From Octopus sinensis (Eukaryota): 55,163 nt of DNA. The first letter of the stretch is position 1. Every line of letters begins with the position of its first letter. Below the pieces are notes generated by a model. It was not told where the DNA came from, searched no databases, and saw only the letters and a program-made list of their open reading frames with translations. The translations under genes and the position numbers were made by a program. Below, one piece after another: positions 11,073-24,548 of the stretch. The stretch is from assembly GCF_006345805.1 (NCBI RefSeq), contig NW_021833777.1, forward strand, positions 1 through 55,163, in the 5' to 3' direction.

Positions 11073-12935
11073 AAGGGCAATTTTTTTTCAGGCACTTAAA
11101 ATTTATTTTTAGACCTTAAAAATAGGCATTTTAGGACTGTTTTTAATTTTTAGGACTTTATTCCTACATTTTTAGGCACATTTTAATAAGGTATTAAATC
11201 AAAAAGTCGTAAAAAATTATTTGTTATAGTAAGGTATTAAATAATTTTTGACATTTTCCGCATTGAAACCTCTATCTTTAGTAATTAATTTTTAAGCATA
11301 GAAAATGCCTCTTCAACGGTATGATGTACACGACATTGTCTTATTAGTCCATCTTCTTCAGGGGAGATATACTTTTCTCCATTCTATAATTGATTCTATG
11401 TCATTTTTGTTGTAATCTTTTTGTATGTAGTCTATTTCTGCATTATCAGACGGAAATTTAAAAAAACAAGATCTGAATGTGCATCATTTATTGTATAACT
11501 TGTGGATTCCATTTTTTTCAATATTTGATTAAGTATCTGATAATTTTCATTATTTCCATTAGACTTTTTCTTAAGGTTGGCGATTCAATTGCTTGTTTTA
11601 CTTTTTTAACTAATATTCCGTCGTCGTCTTTGAAATTCTCCACAATTTCAGCAATTGATACAAAATTATTTGCATAATAGTATGCTGCTTGCAGCCAACT
11701 ACCCCATCTAGTTATGATGACGTCGGGCGGATAACCAATTGTAGAGAAAACATTTTTTTTCTAGTTTTGTTTTTCACTATTGATGTCTTTATAGTCGCAA
11801 TAAGATTATCAACGTCCGAATAATACGCCTTTACTCTGAGACAGCAATTATGTAACAAATGTGCAACACATGTTACATGGAACATCCTAGGATAAAGCAT
11901 TTTCAATGTTTTTCCGGCTAAAAATAATTCAACAAACTACCCAAAATCATATACGGGCTGCCATCAGAAAGAAAAGAAGAAAATTATTGCGTATAATCTC
12001 GAATTTTTTAATCTCTTCATCGATAATCTGAAGAATTGTGTTAGCAGTTACAGATTCATATAAAGGTTCACACGAAATAAATAGGTCTTCTCTGGATAAG
12101 CGATATTCCAATGAGAACAACTACAAACTTCTGTCCATTTACGTCACCCTCGTCAACAACCATAAAAATCTTTTGAGATCTAAAAATTAATCATTTGTTA
12201 ACCTTAGATCACTTTTATACTTGGATAATTTTTGTTCACTGATTGCAGGAATACAATTGCGACAGGCTGACTGGGAAGGAAGCGAAATATTCAATTTTTC
12301 AAACATCCCTTTAGCTTGGATTATTGAGCTTATGAAGAGGAATGTTTGCTTCAGAAAAGGCTTTGGCAACTTCCATCGGCATACTCTGAAAGTCTTCCGT
12401 TTCGGTTTTGACAGTTGAATAGGGAATCTAAGGATTGTTGGAATCCTTCATTGTTATCTAAAAAAAATAATTTTAAATTACTCAAAAGCTTTAGATGTTT
12501 TGTAGATTGTCTATGCTGATCAAATAATATTTTTTTGATGCAGGACGTAGATCATACATATTTTACAATATAGACTGCCTTTAATCACTGTGAATTCTTT
12601 ACGTAGTTTCATAGGCTTTTAGAGCTTTAGACTTTATGTAGAACGTCCACGTGGCATTTGAACACAAAAAGTAATTTATAAGCGTGCCTAATTTGTTATT
12701 TTTAAAATATTTTTTTGTAACATTAAAAATATTTTTTTTTAAAAATTTTTTAAGACCTTAAAAAAATTTTAGGACCTTAAAAAAATTTTTTAGGACCTTA
12801 ACAATTTTTAAGATTTAAGGCATTTATAACTCGTTGTAGATAAATCTATTTTAATTAAATTATAGCTTAAATTAATTATTTAAATAAATAGACCTTTTGG
12901 TGCAAAAAGCATTTTTAGGCAAAAAAATTGCCCTA
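11073..12935 (-). mobile_element. hAT (Ac-like, CGGBP1-type transposase) element, decayed
   Basis: TIRs (T/A)AGGGCAATTTTTT; subterminal ttttaggac/ttaggcac repeats; transposase motifs LYCKIC..HRQSTKH, DEGD, HVTCVAHLLHNCCLRVKAYYSDVDNLIA, ITRWGSWLQAA. Confidence 0.85.
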
Positions 12936-13099
12936 TAATCATTCATATCTTATTGTAGAAAAATCCATATTTCCTTAATAGTCTCATCAGTTTTTTCTAG
13001 ATAAAATTTGAAATTTTTCATTTAAAGTGTAGTTTTCTCCTATTAATCTGTTATTAGACGTTATATTTTTTTATTTTCCCTTTTCTTCATATGGGGATT

Positions 13100-13720
13100 C
13101 AATCTGTGTAGTTTCAATGAGAGATTCGTCCCCACAATCTTTTAAATTCTAACCTAAACTGTTTTTATTCAATTATACCTCATTTCTTAATCAAAAATCA
13201 TATTTTGACTGTGTACTCCCATCTTTTTATTCATTCTTTAAAATAAAATGAATTCATTTCTGGAGGAGTAAAATCAAAATTTTATCATTCGTTTCTAAAA
13301 AATACATCGTATATTTTTCTATCAAGTTCATCTACTACAAACGAGGCCTCATTATTTTCATCTAACTATAAGTGATATTATAACCTAATATTTCACGAAT
13401 GGCACGTTTAATTCCAGAAATATCTCTATACTTTTTGAAGAAAGTCTCATTTATCGCCGAGTGTGTGTCGTATTATAAAAACGTAACTTTGTCTAAAAAA
13501 TGTTTCCAATTTTTATTATCTATCAGTTTTTCCATACCCCGTGTCAATGTTTGATTAAAGCGCTCAATTACACCCTATTTCTGCAAACTATTTTCTTTCT
13601 GCAAATATCCATCCTTTTTTATCAGTTTCATGTCGCTAATCGCTATTTACAAATGGCACGAGCTATGATCTTCAAGTGATCATAGTTAAACAAAAGATTT
13701 AGTTCAGAGACATATCCTCT
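13100..13720 (-). mobile_element. Retroviral-like (Ginger-type) integrase remnant
   Basis: GVIERFNQTLTRGMEKLIDNKNWKHFLDKVTFLYNTTH is the C-terminal half of an rve integrase core; no termini identified. Confidence 0.65.
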
Positions 13721-14819
13721 CTCCTAGTAGAAAAAAACTTCATTAAAAGCTGGGCTTTTCATTTAATTTTCGGATTTGCTAGTTAGACTTGGCTGACTTT
13801 TTTTTTCTAGAAATCGATCTTGGAATCTCTTTAGTTGATTATTACTTTTTTGATCAGAGTCAACCTTACATCCTTCCAATTTACACGGAATCCTATTTAT
13901 ATCCCCCTACAAGTAAAAGTAGTGAACCCTAATCGCTGTTTCTCCCAATCTGACTTTACCAATGAAGCGATAGAAGATTTAAAAAGCAGGGTATTTCCAC
14001 TAAAATCTAAAAATGACCACAACGAAAAAAACTCTCTAGCCCAATGCACCAAACTCAGCTGTTTTCGAGTTAGTCACAGTCTTTCTGAAGCAGTGGACTT
14101 TAACATGATGGAAAGCTCTTCCCTAGCAGGCACCACCTATACGGATGGTTCTACTATCGAACATGGATATCTTAGACGATGAGTGTCAAACATGCGGGCG
14201 CGAGCTTCATGTGCAACACTAATAAAACAGTACCCTGCAGTCCGATTTTATGTTTCATTCTCGAATTTGACTCCAAAAATCCAATAGTTTACTTAATTAA
14301 ATAGCGCTGTAAATCTGCCTCAATTTAAATTAGCTCCAGCTCATACATGAAGCGGTTGCAGTATTTGTTCATAGGTGACGGAATATTTTCATAATATGTA
14401 GAGCTTCTTTAAAATCATTCAACGTGTTTCAAATTCATCGATTAAATCACTAATAACAGAGATAATTTTTCGATTGAGTTTCCTATTTTTTTAATGATAT
14501 CAAAACTTTCTTGACACTTTTTACTTGCCCAAGACGACCCCACAGTCTCCTATTTGATGAGAATGCCCGTCATATCAACATACCACTCAGGGAAAGTTTT
14601 AATAACTGACTAATCAGACAAACATAATTCATCATTTATTTTTTTTAAAGTGTTAATAATATTTAATTAGCAGCAGAGGATAAGATGAATGGCAATTCCC
14701 ACGCAAGATCACTATTGATACGCGTTGGAATAGTCATGTCTGTTCCCGATGATCGTTTATTTATTTATTAACTCCAAGATCACCGAGAAAGATAGGTCAG
14801 AACTAACTAATTATGTGAT

Positions 14820-16090
14820 CCCTGCCTCCAACAACAGCCGTACTCTCCTTACATGATCTTCTGATGACCCGACCGTAATCCGGACTGCATGGGCCAACCT
14901 TTTCCTTGAGTGGGTTTCCCAGTTCCTTGCAGAAACGTAGGAAACCTGTCCATTCTTCTGCGTCGCCTCCTCGGAAGCAAGGCTGCCAACTGAGTGTCAG
15001 TGTGGAGCATAATCTTCCTTCTGAGTGAGTTCAAACGTTCAGCTTTCGAACAAGCATTTCAAACCTTCAGGCTGAGCAGGCATACTCAACGTGGAGGCAA
15101 TCACTTGTTGGTAGACCTTGCTAAACACAATCTTTCAGGGAAAGGGACTCTTCTTAACAGAGCTTTCAAGACGTTTCCACTTCCGAAGACCTTTAGCTAG
15201 GGCCTCCTCTACGTGACTTGAGAACGTCATTAAGGAGTCGAAAACCACGCCAAGGATCTTCTGGGTACGCGAAGAGGGAATAGGATTGTTCCAATGAATA
15301 GTTCCAGTTCATTCTTGAATGCTCTATCAGTAGTAAAGAGGGGTGAATTGGGATTTAGATGCAGACACACACAACATGTTTGCAGATAGCCAATCACATA
15401 CACGGTTGAGGTGTGACTGGACCATTACGACAGCCAAGAAGGAGATTTATCTCTTGCAGCGATAATCAGGTCGTCCGCATAGGATAAGAACATAATGTGG
15501 TCATTAGTAATGGGTAGATCATGTAGAGAACTAGGTTAAAAAGGAGAGGAGATAAAGGGGAGGCTTGTGGGACACCATTGGGCAGTAGTAGTCTTGATCT
15601 TGAAGTAGTATTGTCAATACGGACCCTTCCGCGTCGGCCAGTTAAGAAATTTTCCAACCACAGTTTGATGTTCGGATGTAAGTTCGAATCAAATATCTCC
15701 GCGTTAGAAGTTTCTTTGGGACAGAATCAAAAGCCTTTTGTATATCAATGGATACTAAGGCTGTCCGTAGGTGTGTCCCATGTGGAAACCGTCAGTAATA
15801 AACTGGGAGACAGAAACACAAGTGGGTCGTTGTAGAACGGTCTGGTCTGAAACGTGCTGGAATTCTGGCAGGTTGTAGAACAGGAGAGATTCGCGTTAAT
15901 ACAAGCTTTTCCAGTACTTTCGATAAGATACAAGTTATTGAGATTGGGCGGTATGAAGAGGGGGATCCTTTGGTTTCTCAGGCTTGAATTGGCGTAATTA
16001 AGGAGTTTTTCCATATATTAGGTATCGTACGTAAGTTGATGGAGTCGTTATATAATCTTGATAGTACGGTCCGTGCCCGGGGTCCCAGGT
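14820..16090 (-). mobile_element. APE-type LINE reverse transcriptase, decayed
   Basis: YRPIS, QHGFRP, SIDIQKAFDSV, LLPNGVPQASPLSPLLFNL, SYADDLII, KILGVVFD motifs spread across several frames. Confidence 0.88.
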
Positions 16091-16379
16091 GTTCGATGAT
16101 CGTTTCTCTTTGATCGTTTCTCCTTGAATATATAATATTACAATATTTCATTAAAGTATTTTGTAAAAATAAAATATAAATTTATGTAACATGCTTTTTA
16201 ATTTTTGTTAGTGGTATTCTTTGCAGTTTGAGATCCGGATATTACATTTCGGAAATGACCTGCATACATTGTTTTCGATTGATTATTATTCTTTCGCACA
16301 AAATTTAATCTATAATATAAATCTATATATGGAGCTCTTTAAGTCGAAAAGTACAAGAATCTTGCCACTCGGCATTCCT

Positions 16380-16830
16380 TCGTGTCTCTAGCTTTTGAGA
16401 CATCAGGCGCTTCTGGTCCGCTCACCTCAAGCTTCATGAAAAAACCTTGGTATCTCATTGGTCGGAAGAAATGGATGGTCGCGAGTCCTCTTGGCTGAGC
16501 AGAGGATCTCGCTCGCAATCGTGCGCGGAAACGCGCAAGCAATCCGTTCGACTGGGCTATAACTCCTGCCCCCTCGCGCTCGCCAGATCGAGCTTGGCCG
16601 CTCACTTCCTGACGTGTTTATTGTGATTAAACTGTTTATAAAAACTATATTTTTTTTTTTCCGAGGTTGGTAACAAGCCAAACATCTTTGTCCTCGACAA
16701 ATTGAGGGACACAATCAGTCATATATAGATTTTTTCTAGATCGCTGTTAAACTCGATTTCAAAAACGCTTTTAACAGCGTTCAAGAGAGATCGAATTATT
16801 CAGACCTGTATCAAGGGCCTCTTGGTCCAT
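16380..16830 (+). mobile_element. CRE-clade fragments: a 3' end followed by an RT fragment
   Basis: EQRISLAIVRGNAQAIR (about 16495-16550), then AVKLDFKNAFNSV..DRIIQTC (16745-16810), near-identical to 49370-49430. Confidence 0.7.
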
Positions 16831-17359
16831 AATTGTTATTCATAAGCCTCATAATTGTTTATTGATCACGAAGTTGGCCATAGTTGTCCTAGACATGTTC
16901 CTCTAACCTCTCCCATGGGTACCATGAAGCTCAGTCTTTGGTCCCTTTTCCGATCTTCGCGTTCCAATCTCCCGCTTATGTAAAGTAGATAGCTCGTGGA
17001 TTTTCCATAAGGGTCGTGGAGAGTGAACTATAAAAGTCATCAGTTCCGTCGGGTTTTTTAGAGACTCTTGGAGAAGTAGGTGCATATACATTTATAATTG
17101 TAATTGTCGATTTAGATCCAGTTCCAATTGAATTACGCAATTCTGTCATTTACTTTCCATATTCTTTTTATATATTCCCGAAGTCTGATATCCACCGCGA
17201 ACCCCATTCCGTTATGGTGACGGTCCGAGGGGAGCAAGATATCCCGATATTATTGACGTAATTGTTGGCTTAGTCTCCAGCATCATTTCGATTGTCAGAA
17301 AGGATATTATCTAATCACAAACTCACAAAAATAGTAATTAAGTTGATTACGAAGCTAGT

Positions 17360-18030
17360 TAGTTAGTCAAAGTTCTTTCGCGTTGCCCTAGAAGAGTTTC
17401 GCTTGAGTCATGCCTAGAGCCATCCTCCTCGCCATCTATTCGCACGTTCTTTTGTTTTGGGTAAGTGTCTTGGTCATCTAGCACGCACCCTCCTGCGGAA
17501 TTGCCACGAAACCTCGCGTGGCACTTTCGTCCTGTGGGCCAATTTCCTCCCGATGTCGCTGATGAATGCCGAGGTTAGAGGCCCTAGCCCCCGATGTCTC
17601 CAAAGCGATTGGTATACGAATATAAAACGGCGTCAAGTTCTTGGTATTTTTTAATTTTGGCCGTCTGAGCCTTTTCCGCAGCGGACCCGAGAGGAAGTGA
17701 CATGATTGCCGATGGAGAGAAAGAGTCGATGCACGTAGCATCCCAGACGAGGCACTTGCCGTCCCGAAAAGGAAAGATTGTCATTCCGTCTGGGCGTTTT
17801 GCCGTCACCACGGTCCAATCCGACAGGCTCAAGTTGTGACGGGAAGCCTGCGCCTTGAGGGCTCTAAGCACGACATCATTTAGCGAGGCGTGGCGGGGGA
17901 CTTCGACCGGCACTCCGCGACACGAAAGAGGGGGAGCCCTTTAGCGTCGACTTTGGCTCCACATCGGAGGATGCTGCATATGTCAAGGCCAAGCGGAGGG
18001 AGATCCCGATCCTCAGGCAGTCGTCATCCA
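17360..18030 (-). mobile_element. CRE-clade non-LTR retrotransposon, 5'-truncated (RLE domain)
   Basis: LDDDCLRIGISLRLGL..RHASLNDVVLRAL..KRPDGMTIFPFRDGKCLVWDATCIDSF..KIKKY; (CTAA)n-like tail near 17360. Confidence 0.85.
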
Positions 18031-18079
18031 AATTAATTAAATAATCTCTTATAAAGGAAAATATTCCAAACTAAATTTC

Positions 18080-18980
18080 CTCCGAAACTCAAACTATGGA
18101 TTATCAACTTCCTAAGTGGACGAAAGGGAAGTGTCTCCTCGGAGGCTTAAAGTCCACATCTCGTCTTCTGCCCAACGGAATACCCCAGGGATCTATTTAT
18201 CCCCGGCCCTTTTCGACTTTTTTTCTGGAAGATCTCCCGCCCTCTCTCGTAATATGACATTGTCCTCTCATACACGGACGACATCTTATTAGCCTCACGG
18301 GACCGGGACATCTAGAAAGCCTTTGGAAGGTTCTAAGCTGACTTGAATCGGCTGAACCTATGGCTCACGGTCAACCGACTCGTGGTAAACGCGGCGAAGT
18401 CCGCCACGTCCCTTTTCACATCGGACAAAAGATTGGGAAGGACTTCAGTTGATTTGAAGCCGAACAATGCGTCCGTACCCTTCTACAGTAGTCAGACGGT
18501 CCTAGGGGTAACCCTCGACTGCACCTCTGCTCTCCCCGCACGCATAAACCTCCTTCGCAAATGCGAAAAGAAATTGAACGTCCTCAGAACTTTACGGCTT
18601 ATAAAAAACGGTTCACATCCGGTAGTGACAAATATCTACTGCCAATACTTCGAACCGTCAATTTCCTACGCCTGCGGATCATGGGGTCCGCGGTTATTGT
18701 GGTACAAAAAGAGAGGCGAATCGAGGAGGTCTAACAAAGGACCACAGATTTACCTATCATTGGTCACACGATAACGAACGCCCCGCTCCGGCTCCTCTGG
18801 AAGATCTTATCAAGCTGAACCTCTGTCCGTCTGCAAATCCCCGTCAAAAACGGCCAGCCGCCCGGTGCGTTCTTGTGTGGGCTCGTAGAAAGATCACCGA
18901 GCGAGGATGAGGTCCCTGGTCGAGTGCATCGGGATCACGTGACGTTTGTTCGGTTTTACCGTGGTCTTGGTGGTTAAATA
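18080..18980 (+). mobile_element. APE-type LINE, 5'-truncated RT C-terminal half
   Basis: RLLPNGIPQGS, YTDDILL, LNRLNLWLTVNRLVVNAAKS, VLGVTLD; A-rich tail near 18975; paralogous to 34640-35000. Confidence 0.8.
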
Positions 18981-19250
18981 AAATAAGAAAATAAATACAT
19001 CCTCTATTCGCATAGTGATTCAGGTAGGTAGAAAAGCGCCCTCTTTCTTATCGAGGTACTGGCAGGCACTGGATATGTTGTAAACACACTATTTGGTGAT
19101 AAATCTCTTTATTCTTCCTTTTCCACTGTTTAAACGTCGTTTTTCTGAAGGGTTTCTTTATAGTAAATGACTGAATGCATGCGCGTGATGTTAAGCGAAC
19201 GTGCAGATTGTAGATTTTTGAGTTATCAGCCCAGAATTGATAAAATATAT

Positions 19251-22200
19251 TGTCACCGGTTTTATAGCCCACCGGGTTGGATAACCCACCATCGAAAAAA
19301 CTACCAAAAAAATATAAATATAATCTAAAAAATCATCAGAAAATATAATTAACTTTGATTTTCTTCTTTTTTATTAGTTTTTATATTTCTGCCTGTTGCA
19401 TAATCTTTAATTTCTTTCTTCCTATGGAAAAAAAAAAAAAAAAAAAAAAAAATCACACATCATTCATTTGTGCTTTACATTTTTAAAATAAATAAAATTT
19501 TATTTATTTAATGGGAGTCAATAAAAAATAAGAATTAATTCATTTAAAAAAAATCAAAATTTTAATCAAATTTTTTTTAATCTACGTTTTTTAATCTACT
19601 TAAATTCAATCTACTTACTGTTTCTCCATTATCTTTATTAATAGTACACGTAGTTTCAAATTTTTCTGAAACTGTGTACTTATTTATATCCAGTTCGTCA
19701 TATAATAGGTATCTACGGCTACCAGGGTTATCATCCCTGTCGTGTTTCAGCAGCACTGTATCTCCAATTTCAATGTCTTCTGCGTCATATTTCTACTTAC
19801 GACGTTTTTTCATTTTCTTTCCAGCTTTAACAAGGTTTTCATGCACTTGTTTCTCAGTTCTTTTATCGTCATTTTCAAAATAATTCGAATTTAACTCATC
19901 ACTTAGTTCTGGATTTGTTCCGTCGAACATTAACAATGCATTTATTTGATCTTCTGTTCTCTTCGAATCTCTTTTATCCCCCATAAAAATTTTAAAATTC
20001 CTTGCAATTATGGGGGTGATAGTTGGTTTTGTGCCATGAAATTTTTCGACTAACACTGAGATTAACAACTTACTTGGCAATAGACACATTTTGCTATCAC
20101 ACTACAAATTTCTTCCCTTGTTGCTGAATATATTTGGTCTCTTAGTAACAAGAGCATTCTGTCTCTACCAAAATGAGTATTCATATGCTCGATCTTCAAT
20201 TGTTTTTTAAATGGATACTCAATAATTTTTAACTTGAGCTCACTTTCTTCTAGAGTAAAAAAACTCAGTTTATTATTCCGACTTTTATATACGTTTTTTC
20301 AGGGAATTTTGAAGCAGCAGAAACGATTTTTAAGCGTCCTGAGCCTTAATTTTTTATTTCATTAAGTTGGTTTGTCGTTAATTTCAAAAGAACCATATTC
20401 TAATTAAACTTTATTGAACAACCCCATTTATTTCACAGTTTTTAAACTTTATTAATAAAAAGTTATAGTTTTCACGCTAAAATATTTAAAAAAAAAAAGA
20501 ACAATAAATTATTAAAATAATTAAGAAAATCATTTTTTCCAATGAAATTAAATATATAAAAAATATTATTATTATAAAATGTGACAGTCCGAATAAAATA
20601 CACGCCGAATAATCTACACTTGTCACAAATGGCTGAAAAAATTAGAAATCTAAAAATTAGTATGAAAAAATCAATAATTGATTATTTATTTAGTAGAATC
20701 ACATTATATTTTTTTTTTAAAAAAGCGTGATGTGGAAACATGCGTGTGTAGTGAGATTATTTAAGGAAAACACTGGACAAAATCAAGAAATGAAAGACTC
20801 CAACTTTGATACATCGTCAATCGAGCGGCATGAGCGATACAGGCTCACAAAATTGGGAAAGAATTTCATTTTGAAAATGGAAAACATATTTTCGAAAAAA
20901 TGGGCTTAAATTGCGTTTTTTCTGTGAAGATGAAATCGAATTAAAGCTTAGTGCGTTGAGGTCCAACTTAATAAATAAAATTTAGGCGGAACATAACTAT
21001 AACCACTTTGGGAGAGACCGGCTTTTTTCGAAATTAAGAAATCTCTATTATGGATTGAATAGAGAAGAAATCTCTAAGGTGATTTCGAATTGTGCTTTCT
21101 GTCAGGTAATAACTCCTTTTAGTAAATATTCTTAGTCGAAAAAATTATTGTCTACGAAGCCTCCGATTACGCCAATCATTGCAAGGAGATGTAGGGACAA
21201 TACATTGCGGATTTAATTGACCTCAGAAGATATTCGGCGTTGAATGATGGCTTTAGCTGGGTATGAATTTAATGTTAATAAATAGTTTTGGTAATTGTGG
21301 ATTCTTTTTCCAAATATGTAATGCTTGAACTGTCGGTGACCAAATCTTCTGAAGAAATCGCAGATTTATTCCAAGAATTTTTTATTATGTCGGCCTCCGC
21401 TTATTCTACACACTGATAATGGAAGGAATTTTGCAATTCGCAAATGATGCTCTATGTACGAAATATGGTATAACATGTACGTGGGAGGCCTCGTGCTCCT
21501 TGGGTACAAGGGCAAGTCGAAAGGTTAATGATTTAAAATCGATTTGTAGATTTAATCAAAGCATAAAACGCTGGATATCGTCGGCAAGTTCTTCTCAAAA
21601 TTGTTTTGGACGATATCGCGAATGCATAAAGGACATCGTGTATGATTACAATAACAGCATTCATTCTTCGACAAAAAAAATCCCTTTTTATATATTCATG
21701 GGGTTGAAAATCCTGGAAGGATTGATGAAGGGGGAATGGAGCAACTTTAGCCTATGATTCAACTGGATTATCAGAGGCACGAGAAAGTGCATTAGAAAAC
21801 TTAATTATTGCTGGCGAAAAAAATGATTGAAAAAAGAAAATGGAGATACGACGAAGAAAATATCAATGTCGGAACGACTGTGCTTTTAAGGTCTCAAGCG
21901 TCAAATAATTTTTAGACAGGACAACGATGCCAATGTTCGGCAGTATCCGCTGTACGATGGACTTGAGTGTTAATAAGTATATTGTTGTCGAGCGAAGAAA
22001 TGATCTCTATGTTATCGAAAAGGAGGACGGTGAGCGGTTACACGGAATTCATATTTCTCGATTAGCTAAAATTGATTAATTTTCATAAATCCATAATAAA
22101 AATAATTTTTTATTTAATTAACGATAAATTTTATATGAAAATTTTATTAGGATAACCTAAAATGGAATAACAATATTCAAACGTATAAGTTAACTGCGTA

Positions 22201-22422
22201 AATTGAGTGTGGTTGGTTTTGTTTATATAAATTAGTAAAAAAGGTTAATGAATTTTACATTAAAAATCATATTTTTAATAATAATTAAACATTTGTTGTG
22301 TAAATTTTTAATTTCAGTAAAATTAAAGAATGTAATTATTCGGCGTGTATTTTATCGGACTGTGAGATAAAATATGGCAGTAAGTGGGTTATCCAACCAG
22401 GGGGCTATAAAAACCGGTGACA
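19251..22422 (-). mobile_element. Ginger/TDD-like element, family A (internally deleted), hosting a nested element
   Basis: TIRs TGTCACCGGTTTT(T)ATAGCCC..GGTTGGATAACCC; 5-bp TSD TATAT at 19246-19250 and 22423-22427; near-identical inverted copy of 51439-52708. Confidence 0.9.
20580..22367 (+). mobile_element. Ginger/TDD-like element, family B, near full-length integrase (KRBA2/SCAND3-like), frameshifted
   Basis: TIRs TGTGACAGTCCGAATAAAATACACGCCGAATAAT / ATTATTCGGCGTGTATTTTATCGGACTGTGAGA; 5-bp TSD TAAAA; HHCC finger (HNYNHFGRDR..CAFCQ) and DDE core (DLIDLRRY, VDSFSKY, HTDNG.EF, QGQVER); introns 21106-21135 and 21261-21285. Confidence 0.9.
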
Positions 22423-22459
22423 TATATTGTTAACTTCACAGAATTATCAGAATATTAAA

Positions 22460-22740
22460 TATTCTGTTGGAATGCCATTGTCAGTAAATACTACAAACAA
22501 TACCAGAATGGTCTGAAAAATTGAGTACCCCTGTAAGAGCATACATCCAAACTATTATAATGAAGAAGACTCTTGAAAGTATGTGCATCGATTATAAACA
22601 TGGTGATGTCCAAGAGGACGACGGTTTTGAAGAAAATATAACTTTCCTGATAACAACATAAATCAGAAGAAACTCGACGAAACCGACTTAATGCATTTGA
22701 AAAGAGTCCTACTCCTATAATAACATTAATCGAGAGAAAG
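22460..22740 (+). mobile_element. R2-like RLE retrotransposon C-terminal remnant
   Basis: WNAIVSKYYKQY...AYIQTIIMKKTLESMCIDYKHG, matching the family end seen at 36369-36599. Confidence 0.65.
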
Positions 22741-22911
22741 AGCGATGGAACTATGAATTGGAACTGATGAAAGTCGTCCCATCCGGGAAAAGAGAAAGAG
22801 ATCCTTTAGATTGCCTAAAAGAAGTTTGGAGAACGGTCAAGGGTGTCGTGTTGGGGCAAAGAGGAGGATGGTCTATTGAGCTGGAAATTAGTTTTTACGA
22901 TTAGATATAAA

Positions 22912-24548
22912 TTTTTTTTTTTTTTTTTATATTGTAACTATAATAAATTTACAAAACATGAAAAGGTTAGAATTATGTTTATGGGGGATATGTAGCCTGG
23001 CGGATTGCCAAACTGTTTCCCCGGATAATGGCAATCGAGAGCCGTTGCATTAGCCAGTTCGCCTCCCGAGGATCATGGGTGCGCATTGAGATTTTGGCTC
23101 CGAGCTTGCGCGAAGAACTTTTCAGTTTTTGGACCGAGAACACCCGACGTCTCCGCCGCGATCGGCACCACGGAAAACTTCTCCGAGAGGGCAGAATATT
23201 TTAAAAGCTTTAAATCTTCAGCCTTCTTAGCTGCAGATTTGGCCTCCAGGGCACACGAAGTTAAGTGAGAAGCAGAAAAGGTGTCGCAGCAGGTTGCGTC
23301 CCAAACGAGGCCTTTTCCGCCTTCGAAGGGAAAAAGGGTCATCCCGTCAGGACGTTTTCCGTCGCCGCGGTCAAGACCCGGTGGCTCGAGGACCGAAGGA
23401 AATCCCGCCGAGTCGAGGGCCCTCCGTATGATGTCGTTCATAGCAGAGTGCCTCGGAAAACGTCCGGCACTCCTCTTGCACGATAAAGGGTGCAGACCGA
23501 AAGGGTCAACAGTGCAGCCACAGCGGCACGTGTGCGGGACACATTGCCTTAGTCCGAGTCGCAGAGAGACTCCGATCCTTACCGCTTCATCGTCAAGGAG
23601 AGTGCCAGATGGGGCATTCGGGAATGCACAAAGCCAAGCTCCGCTAGCCGGGGATGCTGCCGACAGAAGGCAAGCGCGGCGGTGCTGGTTGGACGACTCG
23701 AGCAGCAGATTGAAAGATTGCTTGCATCTAATTCGATCCCAGGCTCGTTGAGACATTCGATCTTCCGGAAAGTCAAGGCCTTGTTCTCTCCAGACTTCGC
23801 TGAAATGAGCAACATTTGTGTCCAAGGAAAATTCAGAAAAGGAGCGTAGAATTTCCATGACAAGTGTGTGGCTCGCGGAGACGGAAGAGAGGTAAGCAGG
23901 TAACGGTAGGTCGGAACATGAGCGGATGCCGAGCCCTCCAAAAGATAACGGGAGGGTTGCCTGTCTCCAACCCATGTCGTCGAAAGGGGAATTGCATACG
24001 TTCTGAGTGCAAGTGCGGATAAGGAGGTCAATGGCTGAAAGCCTCTCTGGAAAATCAAAGCACGTTGAAGAGCGAAGCAAATAGGAGAGCTTTTGGATCG
24101 AGAAGCAATTCCGTAGGAGGAATAATGCAGTGTGCGAGTCCAGCTGTCTGATACGATCAAAAGCTTCTTCGAGAAAAAGTTCTTTTTTGCGTAGGGCCAC
24201 ATCGATAGAGTTGCCAGCGACCGGGGCTCCGAGAATAAAAAGTTCGTCAATGGGAGTAGATTGAACTCTTGGAATAAGATCGCAGAAAGAGGAAACAGCG
24301 TCTTCGAAAATAGATTCCGAGCATCCAAGGTTGGTAATTTCACATTTGGAGGAATTTAAAATGAGGCCGATTTTCTCCAGAGCCGGGATGATTTTAATTA
24401 TGTCCTGCAAGACGATGTCCGGAGGGCCACCGAGAGTGGCGTCGTCGAGATACCAGAGGTTCAATGGAGAAGATAGAAGTTTGGTCACCTTTAATAGTGG
24501 AGAACCCTGAGGGACCCCATTTGGTAATAGTCTCGATATATAAATCAT
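22912..24548 (-). mobile_element. CRE-clade non-LTR retrotransposon with a 491-aa open RT-to-RLE ORF and poly(A) tail
   Basis: WYLDDATLGG, LPLSFGGLGI, CxC/HPLSC..RH zinc knuckle, KRPDG..LVWDATC RLE; T18 tract at about 22912-22929 is the poly(A) tail on the minus strand. Confidence 0.92.

Noticed and set aside
11068-12941. Non-canonical 5- or 7-bp TSD for a hAT element (TAATC / ATAATCA)
   Set aside because: A 3-nt loss (TTT) at the left junction of an ordinary 8-bp TSD TAATCATT plus TAGGG explains it, and the related element at 31824 has a clean 8-bp TSD.
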